Assembly: GCF_963506605.1 (NCBI RefSeq)
Contig: NC_083288.1
Coordinates: 38,502,001 to 38,566,000, forward strand
From: Zootoca vivipara
Taxonomy: Eukaryota
Direction of reading: 5' to 3'
Length of the DNA stretch: 64,000 nucleotides
This document shows positions 38,501-51,844 of the stretch, one piece after another. The translations under genes were made by a program, and so were the position numbers. Positions within the stretch are counted from its first letter, which is position 1. Each line of letters begins with the position of its first letter. The notes under the pieces were generated by a model, which was not told the DNA's origin, did no database searches, and saw only the letters and a program-made list of their open reading frames with translations.

Positions 38501-41500
38501 GAGCCCATAAACCCTGTATTATCATGCTACGAAAACACAGCCTTCCCCCCCACATAAATCTAACAGCATCCTTAACTAAGCATTTTGGAGTGGAGGGGGA
38601 GGATATAATTTGCACTTAAATGTGAATTCCTCCTCCCACCCACTTAAAAAACAACAACAACTCAGCTTCGTTCTGGATTGCAAGCATTATTCCCCCCCCC
38701 CCCAAAAAAAACTTAGTAAAAGAAAGAAAGAAGAAAAGATTGTATGCTTCAGCCTTTCCAAACAGACATGTTTTTGAATTTGCGCTGTGTGGGAAAGACT
38801 GGTGAAGATCAGTATGTCCAGCAGTGTACATTTCCCAAATTGGCACATGGACAGCAATCTTCTTTTGGCATTGGAAACTTTGCCCGTGACACAAACAGGT
38901 GAACTCAGATGCCCCTCCACCACCGCTTCCTTTCTCCCGTACCTTAGGGGCCTTCCCCGGTGCGCCAGGAGCATCCTCCAAGCTACTTTCGATCTCAGAC
39001 TGGATGGAGGTGAATGAAGTGTCTAAATCGTGCAGGCGGATCTCCTCCTTCATCTCCTTGACCTGATGCTGGAGGCGACGGTTGGAGGCCCGGAGCTCCT
39101 CAGCTTCCACTTCAACCTGCTGCATCTTGGGAGGAGAAACAGGAAGTGGGTACGGAGGGGCACAAAAACAGCGTGCCTCTGTGAGGGGAGCCTACCAATG
39201 AGTCCTTCCCTTCCTCATTCTCTGCATTAACCACGAAAACGCCTTCCTCATTCTCTTACACACAAGCCACGTGTCCCTAGTCTTTATTTTTGGTTGACTG
39301 TCCCCCAGCATCAAGGGTGAGGAAATTTCCCCAGCCAGAAAGCTGCGTTTCCTTTTTAGGCAATCTCCTGACCGGAGCAAAAGTCATTGCGGGGCAATGA
39401 ATGTCTACGTCAACCTTTGTGCACTAGGATTTTTTCGGCTCACACTCACACGTCTCTCTAGCCTCCATCCAGACAAGCAAGAGGCATTACCAGGGCAAGC
39501 ATAGGGTGGAAACCGTCAGGGTGTGGCTTGAGAAGAGTTCCAGGGGCCAGCCCTGCCCCACACCTCCCATTTTCACCCTTGAGCCTCAATGAGCCCCTCA
39601 GCTTAGTAGTTACCCGCAGCTCCTTCTCTCGGCTCTCGTTACGGAGGAGGAGGAGGTTGTTGTGCAGTGTGTCTACCAGCGCCTGGATCGATTCGTTCTC
39701 CTCCCGCAGCTGATGGGTCTGCTTCTCCAGATCTCGCTTCCGCTCTTGTAACATAAGGTTCTAGGGGAAAGGACATGGAATGTGCATGAAAGCAAATAAA
39801 TGGTCAGAGATCTTCATTCCCAGATCCACCAAGTGGTTGTGGTTCAGAGCTAGCACCTCCTCCTAGGGGGTTCCTGTGTCCTATTCTGTTGGGCCAGGTA
39901 AGCAGAGTATTTTTCCTGCCAAAGAAGGGATATAAAAATAAAAGATTTGTGGAGCTGGAAGGGAACACAAGGGTCATCTAGTCTAGCCCCCTGCAACGCA
40001 GGAATCTTTCACCCAACGTGGGACTCGAACCCACGACTCTGGGATTAAGAGCTTCATGCTTTACTGACTGAGCTATCTATGATCCACCCCACTCCCTAGC
40101 CTTAGGAAAAAAACATAATAATAACAGCAAATCCTATAAATGCCACCCTTTAATGGCACACAAAATGGCCCACATCTCAAGGCAGCCATTTTGCTAACCT
40201 AATGACAGGGTGAGGCTGGGTGGCAGCATGTAACTCCACAGCAAGGGGCTGCCTCCAACATTAATGGTACGCCGAGCAGATCCATTGAAACAAATGGAGG
40301 CAACTGCCCATTAGTTTCAATGGGTCAATTTAGTTGGATGCCACCCGCTTTCTGTGAGTGTATGCAGAACGTCCTTTTGCTCAGGTGACCCAAGTAGCCA
40401 CAAGCAGCCACAGCTAGCCCCCTGCACAACTAGGACTCAGGTGTGGGAAATCGAGGAGGGCTTCTGTGAACAACAAGGCCCAGCATCACTTCAAAAACTA
40501 AGGACTGGGATTTTGGCCACCATTGTCTTATTCCACAGTAAACCCGCTGGTCTCAGCTTTGGAGACAGCTTCTTGAAGAGGGCTAGAGGGGGAAACGTAG
40601 TATTTCCCTGTCCCCAGTGCCTTCCTTCCCCCATCTGCCAATTTGAAGATCTCCTGTCTTACCTCAGCCTGCAGGCTTTGTGTCCTGGCCGCGTGTTCAG
40701 CGCTGCTAAGGGACAAGGTCCGATGCTCCCCACGCAACAAGGCCAGTTCTTCCTGCAGCCGCTGCTCCAGGTGTGTGACCTTTGGAAAGGTTGACAGGTG
40801 TTATGTTTTGGCAAAAAAATGACACTTCAACCTGTTTTTCGGCACTAGACCTCAGTCCTCGGCTGTAATGAAGTACAATCTGCATCTGAGCATATGTATG
40901 GTGCACCTTCACCTTCACCACCAAATATTCAGTCTGAGTGGTATGTATACAGTGACATTAGAGAAGAGGATGCCACCAAACATATGCAGAGTGCCTTCCC
41001 TTCAGGCTAAGAGCTCTTTTCCCTCTGGTATGAAGTTTTCAGCAAACCCCCACACCTCTGTGATCTGTGTACTATATTCTCCCCTGCCCAGGCTCCCCTA
41101 AGCATGTTGGGGACGAGAGACCTGAAGTTTAAAGGAAAACACATCCTTGAAGTTGTAAACAACGTATTTTATTACAACGAAGTTTTCTGATATTTTGCAA
41201 GGTGCATGAGATGCCAGCAATGGCAGAAAGCATACCCCACAAGTGTCCCGGGAAAAAACTGGGGCATCCCTCTTTTTTTATTGTGCAGTGCCTGAAAATG
41301 CACAGTTTTGGGTGCCACGCCCCCCAAAAGCACTTTTTAAAAGGGGAAACTGGGGCGCAAAATCACACAAGATCACAGCAACCAAAATGGCTGCTGTGCT
41401 GTCATGATAAAAAATGGAAGATGGTGTCCAGGAAGATGGAATCAGGGATGTTGGCTTCAAAGTGTTGGAGGGTATGAGAAACATAGCATATACCTTTAAA

Positions 41501-43727
41501 AACAAAGAAGAGCTACCAGAGTTGGTGATGATGTTTCCTAGGAGCCAGTTTTCAGAACAACGTAGGCTGCTATCCTAACCCTACACACCTGGGAATAAGC
41601 CTCGGTTGCATTCAATTGGACTAACCTCTGATCAGACATAGTTAGTATTGTGCTGTTAATTGTCTGTTTCACACAGCAGGAAATAGAACGCCAGAAACTG
41701 CCTCACGCAGAGTCAGACCAATGGTTCATCCAGATTAGTCCTGTCTGCATCAGGCATTAGGCTGGTGTGAAAGAGTTCAGTTGGTCCCTGAGGTACCCTG
41801 GGCCCAAGTTGTTCAGGGTTTTGTAAATGAATAAAACTATAAAACTTGGCTCAAATTAACTGGGGGTTGGAGGTGTGGTGCTCTGATGTCAATTAAGTCA
41901 TGTGGACCATGGGGGGGGGGGGAAAGCCCTGCATACTTGAAGAACAGGCACCCCACCACAAACATCTCTCTGTTGGTGCCCTAACTGGTTCTACAAGTTC
42001 CAGGAATCATCAAAGTGACCATTCCAGAGCCCCGTAAGGGCAGAAGGGAACATCCCTTTAGGGGACTGTCCCAGTGACTTTTAAAAAAGTCTAATCTGGA
42101 TTCATTATTATGCACGTACCCGACTTTTGCAGCAAACAGAACACTTCGTAAGTGTTTGTAATTTATTTGACCTCATTAGCAGCTCCTCCCCGCGGTTAGT
42201 TTCCTACATTCCTGGAAACCTGCCAGTCTGGGTGATGCTGCTATGGCAGTGTGATCTCACCCCACATGGCTTGTTTGACTCAATGAATTCCTTGTTCTAT
42301 CTTGGGACTTCAAGCATGGCGTGCACCTCTGTCCCTCCTTCTGTGGCGCTGGTGAGCTAATATTTGCATGGAAGCAGGAAGCTGCCTTGTATTCTCACCT
42401 CCTCCGAAACAATAACAAAAGAACCCCTCTCTGCACATAGAACATCAGCAATAGCAGGAAGCGTACAATGCTAAGACAGACCACCTCACAGACTAGCTCT
42501 GTGCAGGAAGGGAGTCATCATTTTGCAGAAGTGTCTAATCTGCACCATACAACACACACACACACACCTGCCTGCATGCATGCTGAGATTGTGCAGCTCC
42601 CGGTAAGGCTGTGACACATGCTTTTTTCTGAATGTACACAAGATGGCAATCCAGCCTCCCGTCTGCCCCAGCTTTTCACAGGACCACCACCCCACACACT
42701 CAAACATATTCCAGGCCCCCACAAATATTTGGCTTACATCCCCACTAGTGATTTGCATACAAGACCACACCCACACAAACTGCACCCATAAATCTGGATT
42801 GGTGGCCTTGTTCCCAAGCCTTTATCAGTGGCATGTTGGGTGAAGCATTCAACGTAACTGCCAAATCAGCGTCTGCTAACCCAGTGCCCTGCAGGTGTCT
42901 TGAACGATGACTCCCATGAAGTCCTGTTCCAAACATCCAGAAAGCACCAGGTTGGCTAAGGTATGCTGTGCGATGTCAGACCCTCCAGGAGCCCCTATTT
43001 TCCAGGGGCAGCCCTGGATTTACAGAAGCCACCCCAGTTTCTGATTGGATCCCGGAATGTCCTGCTTTTCCTTAAAGGTAAAGGGACCCCTGACCATTAG
43101 GTCCAATCGCAGACGACTATGGGTTGTGGTGCTCATCTCGCTTTACTGGCCGAGAGAGCTGGCATATAGCTTCCGGGTCATGTGGCCAGCATGACTAAGC
43201 CGCTTCTGGCGAACCAGAGCAGCGCACGGAAACGCCGTTTACCTTCCCGCCGGAGTGGTACCTATTTATCTACTTGCACTGCATGCTTTCGAACTGCTAG
43301 GTTGGCAGGAGCAGGGACCGAGCAACGGGAGCTCACATCGCGGGGAGGATGTCCCTATTTTCTCTGGATTAATGTTGGAGGGTATGCAGTTATGTGACCC
43401 CCCAGGCCAAGGAGATAAGTAACTAGAAAACCTTTAGAAGACACCTGAAAGAAGAAGAAGAAGAAGAAGAAGAAGAAGAAGAAGAAGAAGAAGAAGAAGA
43501 AGAAGAAGAAGAAGAAGAAGAAGAAGAGGCGGAGTTTGGATTTGATATCCCACTTTATCACTACCCTAAGGAGTCTCAAAGCGGCTAACATTCTCCTTTC
43601 CCTTCCTCCCCCAAAACAAACACTCTGTGAGGTGAGTGAGGCTGAGAAACTTCAGAGAAGTGTGACTAGCCCAAGGTCACCCAGCAGCTGCATGTGGAGG
43701 TCAGATGGGCGGGGATTAAAGAATAAA

Positions 43728-43759
<32 letters not shown>

Positions 43760-46700
43760 ATAGGACATCCCTATTTTCATCAGAGAAATGTTGGAGGGTA
43801 TGCTATGTGAATTCAACAGACACAGCACTTCCCAGCATGGGGAAGCAGTTGACGAGAGCTCCACATAAGGAATTCCTGCCCGTCGCACAAATGTTAAAAA
43901 GCACAGGTTTCCCTTAAGTAAGGAAAAGGAGAAGTACCGGCCAACTTCCCAGCCAATCCCTCTTGCCTCTCTTCCCCTCACAGACGAAGAATCTCTGTGA
44001 GCTGCATCTCCTCTCTCCTTACCTGACTAAGCTGCTCTACCAGGCGCTGGTTCTGCTCTGAGAGGTCCAGGACGGCCTGCGAGCTCTCCCGGCTAGTGTC
44101 CTGCTGCTCCATGCGCTTCTGCCCCAGCTGGGCCCGGACTGTAGTCAGGTCAGTCTCCAGCTCCGCCACGCGAGTCTCAAATTCAGCCCTTCCGGATTCA
44201 AGGTGCAGGCGGAGTTCATGCTTCTCTTGCTCCAGTCGCTGGGAGAGGCCGGAGAGAAGAGTTAGGGCCAAATATAACAGGGAGCTGTACACTGATTATT
44301 GAGTGCAAACATTTCTAAAATGCCTTTCATGCAAGCGCCCCAGGGCAGCGTCCAAAAAGCAGGGATAAAATTATTCATATGCAATAAAAACACAGTGGCC
44401 ACAGCGAAATTGTACATTTAAAGCAGTATCACACCACTTTAAATAGTCACGGCTTCCTCCAAAGGATCCTGAGAACAGTAGTTTATTAAGGATGCTGAGA
44501 GTTTTTTGGGGGGAACCCCTATTCTCCTCACAGAGCTACAATTCCCAGAGTGGTTTCCCCATCAATCCTTCTTCAGGTCACATGTAAAATTCAGATGAAT
44601 TTTCATTTGGATTTCTTACTTTTTTTAATGTAGAGATGGGAAGAACTGAATTTAAGATCGTGGCAAGGGTGAGAAATGGAAAGAACTTGAAACAGACAGG
44701 TTCCTCCACCCTACTTGGCTCAATCCCAACTGATGCTATCTTTGGTGAGAAAGCCAAGTTTGGCAAGATACCAGAGAAGCCTCACTTCTGCTCTTGTGGT
44801 AACCATCAACTGAAAATCTTCTTTTTTTTTTTAAACATACTTTTTATTAATTTTACAGAATACAAAAAAACAAAAAAAAACGGTACATACATAAACACCT
44901 TTTCCACCTCCTTCCTACCCACCCACATGGGTCCTCCCCTGCCACAGAAGTATCCCATGTATGTGAACAGTCAGAGATGGTCCATTTTATGCTTGGATTT
45001 CTGTCCTCCCCCTCCCCTGACCCCAAAGCCCCCCCCTGCCACCAGGGAGCTCCAGCAAACCAGGGCAGTACGCAGGAGGCCATCCATCCAACCATCTATT
45101 GTCATACCAAAAAAAGAGAAAAATAGAAATAGGAAAAAAGAAAAAAAAGAAAGGGCAAAAAAAGAGAAAAAAACAATACAAAACAGAAAAATTTTTCTTA
45201 CATTCATAAAAAAATTCCTTCAGTAGCACCTTAAAGACCAACTAAGTTTTTATTTTGGTATGAGCTTTCGTGTGCATGCACACTTATTCTCAATTTAATC
45301 TTACATCCCCAATTACCGGCTCCACCCCCCCAATCCAGCAAATTCCATAATCAGCAGACCAGTTATAAACCTGTTAATCCATCCATGTAATCACAACATC
45401 ACTTTCCCTTCACCCCACCCCCTGTTTACAGTCTTTTGCCATCCAGGCCACCATACAGGACCCCTGAATTTCTTCTCTTCTCTGCATATTTTTTCCTTCT
45501 TCCCTGTGGGCGTTCTGGAGTTCCAATAATACCAATCGTGCCCCCCTCAAAAGCAGGGCACTCCATCCAACTTTTTGTAGAGTAAAGTCATCATTTTTTT
45601 CGTGGTGTGCTTCATTTTGTGTTGAATCATCACAGTCCTCATCTTCATCTTTTCCTTCCAAATCACAGTCATCATCATTGTCATTCTCACATTCATCTTT
45701 TTCAGTGTCAAAAGCTTCATCTCCTAAAAAATCATATTCTGCCATCACCATCTGAAATTTTTGCTGTAACTCTTGCCGTCGTGTCTCCTCTTGACATAGC
45801 ACTATTCTTGTTTCCCACATTAAGGTCAAAACAGACCGCTGGAACTCAGGGGAACACTTTTTTGTTGACATAATTCAATCCTGCCAAGGTCAAAACTTGT
45901 CACGTGGGGTGGAATATGATCACAGTTTATTTTCTCGACTCCATTTTAACAAGCTGGCTGCATTCTTCAAGTCTTATTAACAATAAAGTTCGAACTCACA
46001 TTTCACAAACATTTAAACCAAAAAAGAAATTCCAGAAAGTCCAGAAATACAAAGTGGAATAAAAATTGACTCATAAATCCTGATCAACTCACTGGGTTGT
46101 CTGGGCTGCCGGCTCCCGAGGAAAAGAAAGATTTTTCTCAGTCTTTACCTCTTGCTGCAGGGCAGCCATCAACTGAAAATCTTCTTTGCTCCACCGCTCA
46201 TACCTGCCAAGTCCTGGACGGAAAGATCCGGGATCGGCAGCGCGCGACACCGGAAGATGTGTGAACGCAACTTCCGGTGGCGCTTTGCCCTTCTATGGGC
46301 ACTAGAAAATGGCGGCGCCGGCGTCGGAAGTCGCTTCCACGCATGACCGGAAACACGTAAAAGCGACTTCCGGCGCCGGCGCCACCATTTTCTGATGCCC
46401 ATAGAAGGGCAAAGCGCCACCGGAAGTCGCTTTTACGCGTTTCCGGTCATGCGCGGAAGCGACTTCCGGCGCCGGTGCTGCCATTTTCTGGTGCCCATAG
46501 AAGGGCAAAGCGGCACCAGAAAAATGGCCGCCGGCAGAAGCCAATTTAAGGGAGAATATCGGGATTAAAAACTAAACGGGAGACCGCCGGGAAACGGTAG
46601 GAAAAAAGGGGTTTTCCCAGCGGAAACGGGATACTTGGCAGCTATGCCACCGCTTCATAGAATGAGAGGGGGGAATCTCTCCCAAGCAAACTGAAGAACT

Positions 46701-49340
46701 AAAATACTGATTTACCTTTACAACATTTTAAATTGCTAGCAGTAACATTGAGGAAACTCATAAACTTGGTTTCATTTCTCCTGCCTTTAGCAATATATTT
46801 AACTGATGCCTTATTTACTCGCCATCACATTATATAAGTGGTGATATAGAAATTTAGCATGTTCCACTTTTAAGGAGGTGATTGGCCAATATAAAGCCAA
46901 TACTTTGGAGTGTCACAAGGTTCTATCTTGTCCCACATGCTTTTTTTTTTTTGCATGAAAAGGCTAAGGAATGTTACCCGGTACTTTGGCTGAAGTCACT
47001 ATCAGCTCTACTTTACTTTACTTGTCCTTCTGCTAATCCCAGGAAAGCTCTTGAACTGGTGTCTGGAGGTAGTTTTGGGGTCCCACAGACCCCTTCACTG
47101 CAGGACTTTTTGGAAAGCTCTGAAGATCCATCTTGGCCTTCTTTTCTTTGGCCTTCTCACAGAGTGTACTTGTTGGATTGACAGTCATATCTTGTTACTG
47201 GGTTCAACATTTTGGGGCCAATTGTTGCTTCATACTATATCGCTGGTTTTATTTATAAAATACGTTGTGCTATACTGCACTCTGTTTTTATCTTGTAAGC
47301 CACCTTGAGAGGACTTGGGCCCTTAAAGGTAGTCTAAAATATCTATATGGGTTTGTGGGTCCAGAACTCCCCTAAATTCCTGGACCCAACAAGTGTTAAA
47401 AGCTGAACCGGGCTACTTTCGCTCTCAGGTAATCGCCTGGGAGAGGAGCCATTAAGAAAACAAATGAAAGGCGATGAGCCATTAAGAAAGCAAAGAGAGG
47501 GTGGGGCCCCTCCTTCAACTCTTAAAATAGTTGGAAGGACAAAAGCAAGAGTTTTTAGGGTTGGGTGTGATGTGACCTAGGGGGAAAAGGTTGTAGGCTG
47601 GAAAAAGCAGAGAGAGAACATGATGTTTGATTTCTGCTTGAATCCAAGGCCATGGCTATGGGAGAAACAAGACCCTTTTGGGGTGTTGATGCTGTGGGCC
47701 CCTCCATCGTAGGGTCAGGATGTATATATGAGGAAATAAATCATATATCATAAAGACACCACAGTCTCTGCTGTGTCTCATTCCCAAATGAAACACGAAC
47801 CCTGGATAAGTGCATGGAACCCCTGGAGTGCCGCTCGGAGATTGGGGTGGCATGCAAACAATATTTGAAATTACATAACAGCAACTATGTGCTGTATTGT
47901 AGCTAATGGCTAAAATATAAATCTGGATTAGAAATTCCAGTTTAATAATGATAATGATAATATATATGTGACCTATGCCCCACAGATATGCATTTTAAAT
48001 AAAAGCACATATTCTACTCATATAAAAACACCAGGCAGGCCCCACAAATAACCCTGAGGTGCATTTTAAATAAAAGGACACATTCTACTCATGTGAAAAC
48101 ATGCTGATTCCCGGACCGTCCATGGGCCACATTGAGAAGGCGATTGGGTCGCATCCAGCCCACAGGCCTGAGGTTGCCTACCCCTGCTGTAAACGAACAG
48201 TCTGGTCTGATCCAGAAAGCCAAGGCAATTCACATGTTCACAATTCACAAGCCCTGTGCATAAACTCCCCTCTTGGAGCAAGCCAGTCCTGCTTGAGAAA
48301 GTTTCTTGAGAAAGTGCCCCCAGCGACAGCAAGGACAGATGCCTACACCCAAAAAAGGGAGAGCTTTCCAAAGGATTCCTTTCCATTTGGACACACCTTG
48401 GATTCTGCTGTGGATTTGGCCAGCAACTCTTATTAATGACAGGGTCTTGGGACAATTTCTGGCTTCACTTTCCAGCCCAATTGCCCACTTTCAACCCTGG
48501 GCCTCCACCTTTGAGGCAAATAAAAAAATATGCAAGTGGCTGGCATCCTCTCACCCAGTTTCTGTAAGCAACACAGAAATATATGGGCCTCAGGAGGGTA
48601 CAGCTGGTGGGTGAGGTTCCTTGTGGGTGATTCATGCTGGGCGCTTTCTATTCCTCCTCCTCCTCCTCAGTTACACTTGGTCACTCTCTGTTCTTCCTTC
48701 CCTCTAGCTGGCTAATTATACCCACTCTGTCAGCACCGACTCCACCTCGCCTCCACGGTGCCCTCCTGCTCTGTGCCAGACTGGTTCGACCAGCTGCCAC
48801 AAGTATCATGCCCAGAGGTTGCCTGTGCCAACTTCACCCTAGGCCACGACCTTGGGGATTACTTGAGAGGGGAAACGGGTTTAGAGCGATGAAACTTAAC
48901 TCTGGAATTTCTCAGCAATCCAGGGAACAGAAGAATCTCTGGCAGAGAAGGTCTTAGGCTCAGACCCTGGCAGGTAGGAATGGGAAGGCCCCCTGCCTGA
49001 AACTTTGGTGAGCTGCTGCCAGTCAGTGTGGGCAATGCTGAGCTACATGGTCCCATGGCCCGACCTGGTACAATCCCGCTTCCTCTGTCCCTGTGGTTCG
49101 CATGTTACGAAAGAGCTTCTATGTAATAAACAGCATGCCGCCGCAGGTTCACACAACAGCAGTTCCCACATGCATGTAGGATTGTCCCCAAGCTCTATAG
49201 GAGATATGTGAGATTTCCTACATGGTCGAGCCATGTGTGATGTGTAAGGCAAAGGAGTCAGGAAACCCCGAGTTTGGGTTTCGAGGGATGTTATAACAGC
49301 AGCAGTGTCGCTTTGGAAAGAGGATGGGGCACCCACAGCA

Positions 49341-49371
<31 letters not shown>

Positions 49372-49967
49372 CCAGAATTCTTTGGGGGGCAGAGAGCTGC
49401 TGGAGTTCAACAGCTGCTGTGTGTCGCCAACTCAGGTGCCACTATTGCCCCACCTTCCTTCTAGAGAACTCACAGTGACATAAATGGCGGCAATCCCAAT
49501 TTGTCCTTACAACAACCCTGCAAGGTAGGCTAAGTTGAGTGAAAGAGAGAGACCCAAGGCCACGCAGGAAGGTTTCTGACCGAGAAGGGAATCCCTGGAC
49601 CAGGCCTGACATTCCCCCCCCCCCCCGCCAAATCACACACTCCGCTGTGCCCCCTTACCTCTTTGGTCTCCATGTGCTCCTTGGCTAGTTCCTCAAAGCG
49701 CCTTTCCAGCTCCTCATTGCGTTCCAGAAGCATCTTCCCCAGCTCAGCTGCCAGCAGCAGGTCCTGCTCCTTCCTCTGCAGCAACAACCCCAAGTCCGCC
49801 TCTTCGGGGTCCCCGTCCCCAGCAGCCACATCGCCCCCAAACGTCTGTTGCCGCTCGCCCCCAAAGGGATAGAACTCGTCCCCCAGGGCAGGTGGGGTCA
49901 GAGGGAAAGGGGTCCGAAGCGCAGCTTCCTCCTCAGGGTACATGGAGGGAGCTGTGGTGGTTGCCAT
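32383..49967 (-). CDS. BICDL2: BICD family-like cargo adaptor 2 (CCDC64B), 524 aa. Coding exons 49967-49659, 44238-44023, 40779-40663, 39760-39614, 39125-38943, 36767-36591, 36489-36359, 33682-33562, 32556-32383
   Basis: 1575-nt spliced ORF with CC1 box [31 protein letters not shown], and C-terminal [39 protein letters not shown]. Synteny with THOC6/HCFC1R1/MMP25 indicates BICDL2 rather than BICDL1. Confidence 0.95.
33426..33555. other. Assembly gap (130 N) in the last BICDL2 intron
   Basis: Run of N. Confidence 1.
33562..33682 (-). CDS. BICDL2: BICDL2 exon, 121 nt
   Basis: [40 protein letters not shown]|gtgagt (abuts the N gap). Confidence 0.95.
34453..34659 (-). mobile_element. Penelope-like inverted (hairpin) element with hammerhead core
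   Basis: About 65-bp inverted arms; 14-bp direct repeat taattaaggaacaa; CTGAAGA...GAAA core on minus. Confidence 0.8.
36359..36489 (-). CDS. BICDL2: BICDL2 exon, 131 nt
   Basis: [43 protein letters not shown]. Confidence 0.92.
36591..36767 (-). CDS. BICDL2: BICDL2 exon, 177 nt
   Basis: [11 protein letters not shown]...[17 protein letters not shown]. Confidence 0.88.
38943..39125 (-). CDS. BICDL2: BICDL2 exon, 183 nt
   Basis: [19 protein letters not shown]...[22 protein letters not shown]. Confidence 0.9.
39614..39760 (-). CDS. BICDL2: BICDL2 exon, 147 nt
   Basis: [23 protein letters not shown]...REKELR. Confidence 0.92.
40663..40779 (-). CDS. BICDL2: BICDL2 exon, 117 nt
   Basis: [39 protein letters not shown]. 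Confidence 0.92.
43073..43347 (-). mobile_element. Sauria SINE (5' truncated), nested in a CAGACCCTCC...GGAGGGTATG MITE
   Basis: High identity to 17410-17738. Confidence 0.85.
43449..43720 (-). repeat. (AAG)n microsatellite forming the tail of a MIR/CORE-like SINE; (ATG)n follows at 43728-43757
   Basis: Perfect trinucleotide run at 43449-43528 next to CCCAAGGTCACCCAGC core-like sequence. Confidence 0.75.
44023..44238 (-). CDS. BICDL2: BICDL2 exon, 216 nt
   Basis: [14 protein letters not shown]...[14 protein letters not shown]. Confidence 0.95.
44825..46165 (-). mobile_element. Short L1-mobilised non-LTR element with poly(A) tail
   Basis: Direct repeat ccatcaactgaaaatcttcttt at both ends (44803-44824 and 46166-46187); AATAAA and poly(A) on minus near 44825-44850; ORF1-like acidic ORF 45871-45410. 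Confidence 0.7.
46199..46646. mobile_element. 448-bp GC-rich non-autonomous hAT element (same TIR family as the 90-bp MITE)
   Basis: CATACCTGCCAAGT...ACTTGGCAGCTATG with 8-bp TSD CCACCGCT; internal palindromic CpG repeats. Confidence 0.85.
47346..47860 (+). mobile_element. Possible solo LTR
   Basis: About 510-bp unit ending in CA, with internal direct repeat gagccattaagaaa and AATAAA; TSD not clear. Confidence 0.4.
49659..49967 (-). CDS. BICDL2: BICDL2 coding exon 1 (exon starts 49976 after a strong acceptor)
   Basis: [14 protein letters not shown]...[34 protein letters not shown]|gtaagg. Confidence 0.93.
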
Positions 49968-50433
49968 GGAGTGGGGCTGGGGAGAAATAGGAGGGGAAGG
50001 GGGGGGATCCAGTGGGTTAGAGTGGGGAGAAGTTGGAAGCCAGGATGCCAACCTTCGCTGGCAGGGCTGTGGCTTTGAGGAGGTTAAAAGGAAGGGGAGA
50101 AAGGCAGTCAGCAACCAGGGCACCAGGGCCCAGTTTCTCCCATGAGAGAAGATGCCTTCTGGGGGAGGGGGAGAAGCAGGTAAGTCGTTTCCTCCAGGTA
50201 TCCAGGTATGAAGAGGCAACAAAGGGAAAGCTCGGGAGGGAAGAAGCAACAAGCTTGCCCTGGGTTCTCTGCTTCTTCTTCTTCTCCTCCTCCTCTACCT
50301 TCCTTCAACTCTCGGTTGGGTTTCGCTGTTTATTTCCCGATTCCTGCCTCCACCCTCCCAGAGGTTGTGACAGGTGAGGTTTTCCACTCCGCTGGCTCCT
50401 CCTCCTCTCATTCACGCCCTCCCCTGTCCTCAC

Positions 50434-50603
50434 CTGTCGCTCCTGTTCCCTCCTCCTTCTTCGCTCTGGGAAATTTCCAACTACCCAGTTCTGCCTCCAA
50501 CTTGTTCTACAAGGCCAGCAGGGACCTGGTCCAGGAATCCTCCTGCCTCTCTTACAAACCCCTGTCAGATACAAATAAGAGAAAGACTCAGTGTCTTTAT
50601 ATA
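50434..50603 (-). promoter_or_regulatory. BICDL2: BICDL2 TATA promoter and non-coding first exon (about 50570-50434)
   Basis: TATATAAA on minus at 50603-50596; donor cag|gtgagg at 50433; matching acceptor ...tatttctccccag| at 49977. Confidence 0.65.
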
Positions 50604-51176
50604 GCCTGTTTCCTAAGTGATCACCCACCATCACAAATGAACGTACGAAGTTAGCTCGCTCTGAATCAGATTATTGGATTGTCTCTCTATTCTGCTCTGT
50701 GACTAGCGGTGGCTGTCAGAGCACCTGCTTGGCATGCAGAAGGTTCCCGCTTCAATCCTTGGCATCTCCAGGTGGGGCAGGGAGAAAACTCTCTCTGAAA
50801 TCTTGGGGAACTGTGATCCTTACAGCAGCCCTGTGAGGGAGAGCAGTATTACTAGTTTCAAGCTCCAGACTGGAGGCTGATGATGAGAGAATTAAGCGAA
50901 TGCTTCAGGGCACCTGTACATTTACAGCATAACTAGGATTTGAACTCTGAGGCTAAAGGGCTTGTGAGGTTGACTGCTTTGGCTCTCAAAACAAGCCAGC
51001 TTTATTGTCTTCTGTATAAACCCAGCAATCCCAGCTTCAAATTTTCACCTTCCCAAAAAACCCTTCCCTATTAAATATATAATTTATATTAATAATAATA
51101 GTAAGCAGGTTGAAAAAAGTAAATTGGAATAGTTTTTTTCCTGAGTGAAAAAAATAAAGTGGGCAAAATGGCATAC

Positions 51177-51219
<43 letters not shown>

Positions 51220-51844
51220 AGCCAGGCTGAAGGGGAAGAGTTCCGTTGTTCATAACTAAATATGTTTTAAAAGAAGAAGAGGGAAATAAAAGACGCCCGT
51301 GACACTTGGGCAGCTACACCTGTCTCCTCACTCCAGCAACCTCAAGGGATATTTTATCTTGTGAACTGCTCTGAGGTCTTTTGATGAAGGGTGGAGGTAT
51401 ATAAATATAATAATAATAAAAATTTCCTGGCTGGGAAAATATGGTTGCATTTTCCCAGGTACAAAAACATGGTCGCTTGAGTGCTAGGACAATGTGATGC
51501 AGCTAGAACAGAAGCTCAACCATCAGGGACAAGGAACAGACCTTGAGCAGCAAACAGCAGACAAATGCCATATATTTAATTCAGCCAAGAACTGCACAGA
51601 AGTCTCCACCGAACCCCGGAGCCTAGGAGCATCTCCCTCAGGTTCAGACCACATGCCATTCTTCCTCCGGAGCAGGTGTGGGGAACCTATGGCCCTCCAG
51701 ATTGTGGCTGAACCACAACTACTATCAACCCCAGCAAGCATGGTCAATAGCCGTGAAGCATGGGGGTTGTAGTCAATGATGTGGTCCAAAGGAAAGCAGA
51801 GCAATATGTTTGGCTGCAGGAGCCGCCAGGAGGAGGCACATAAG

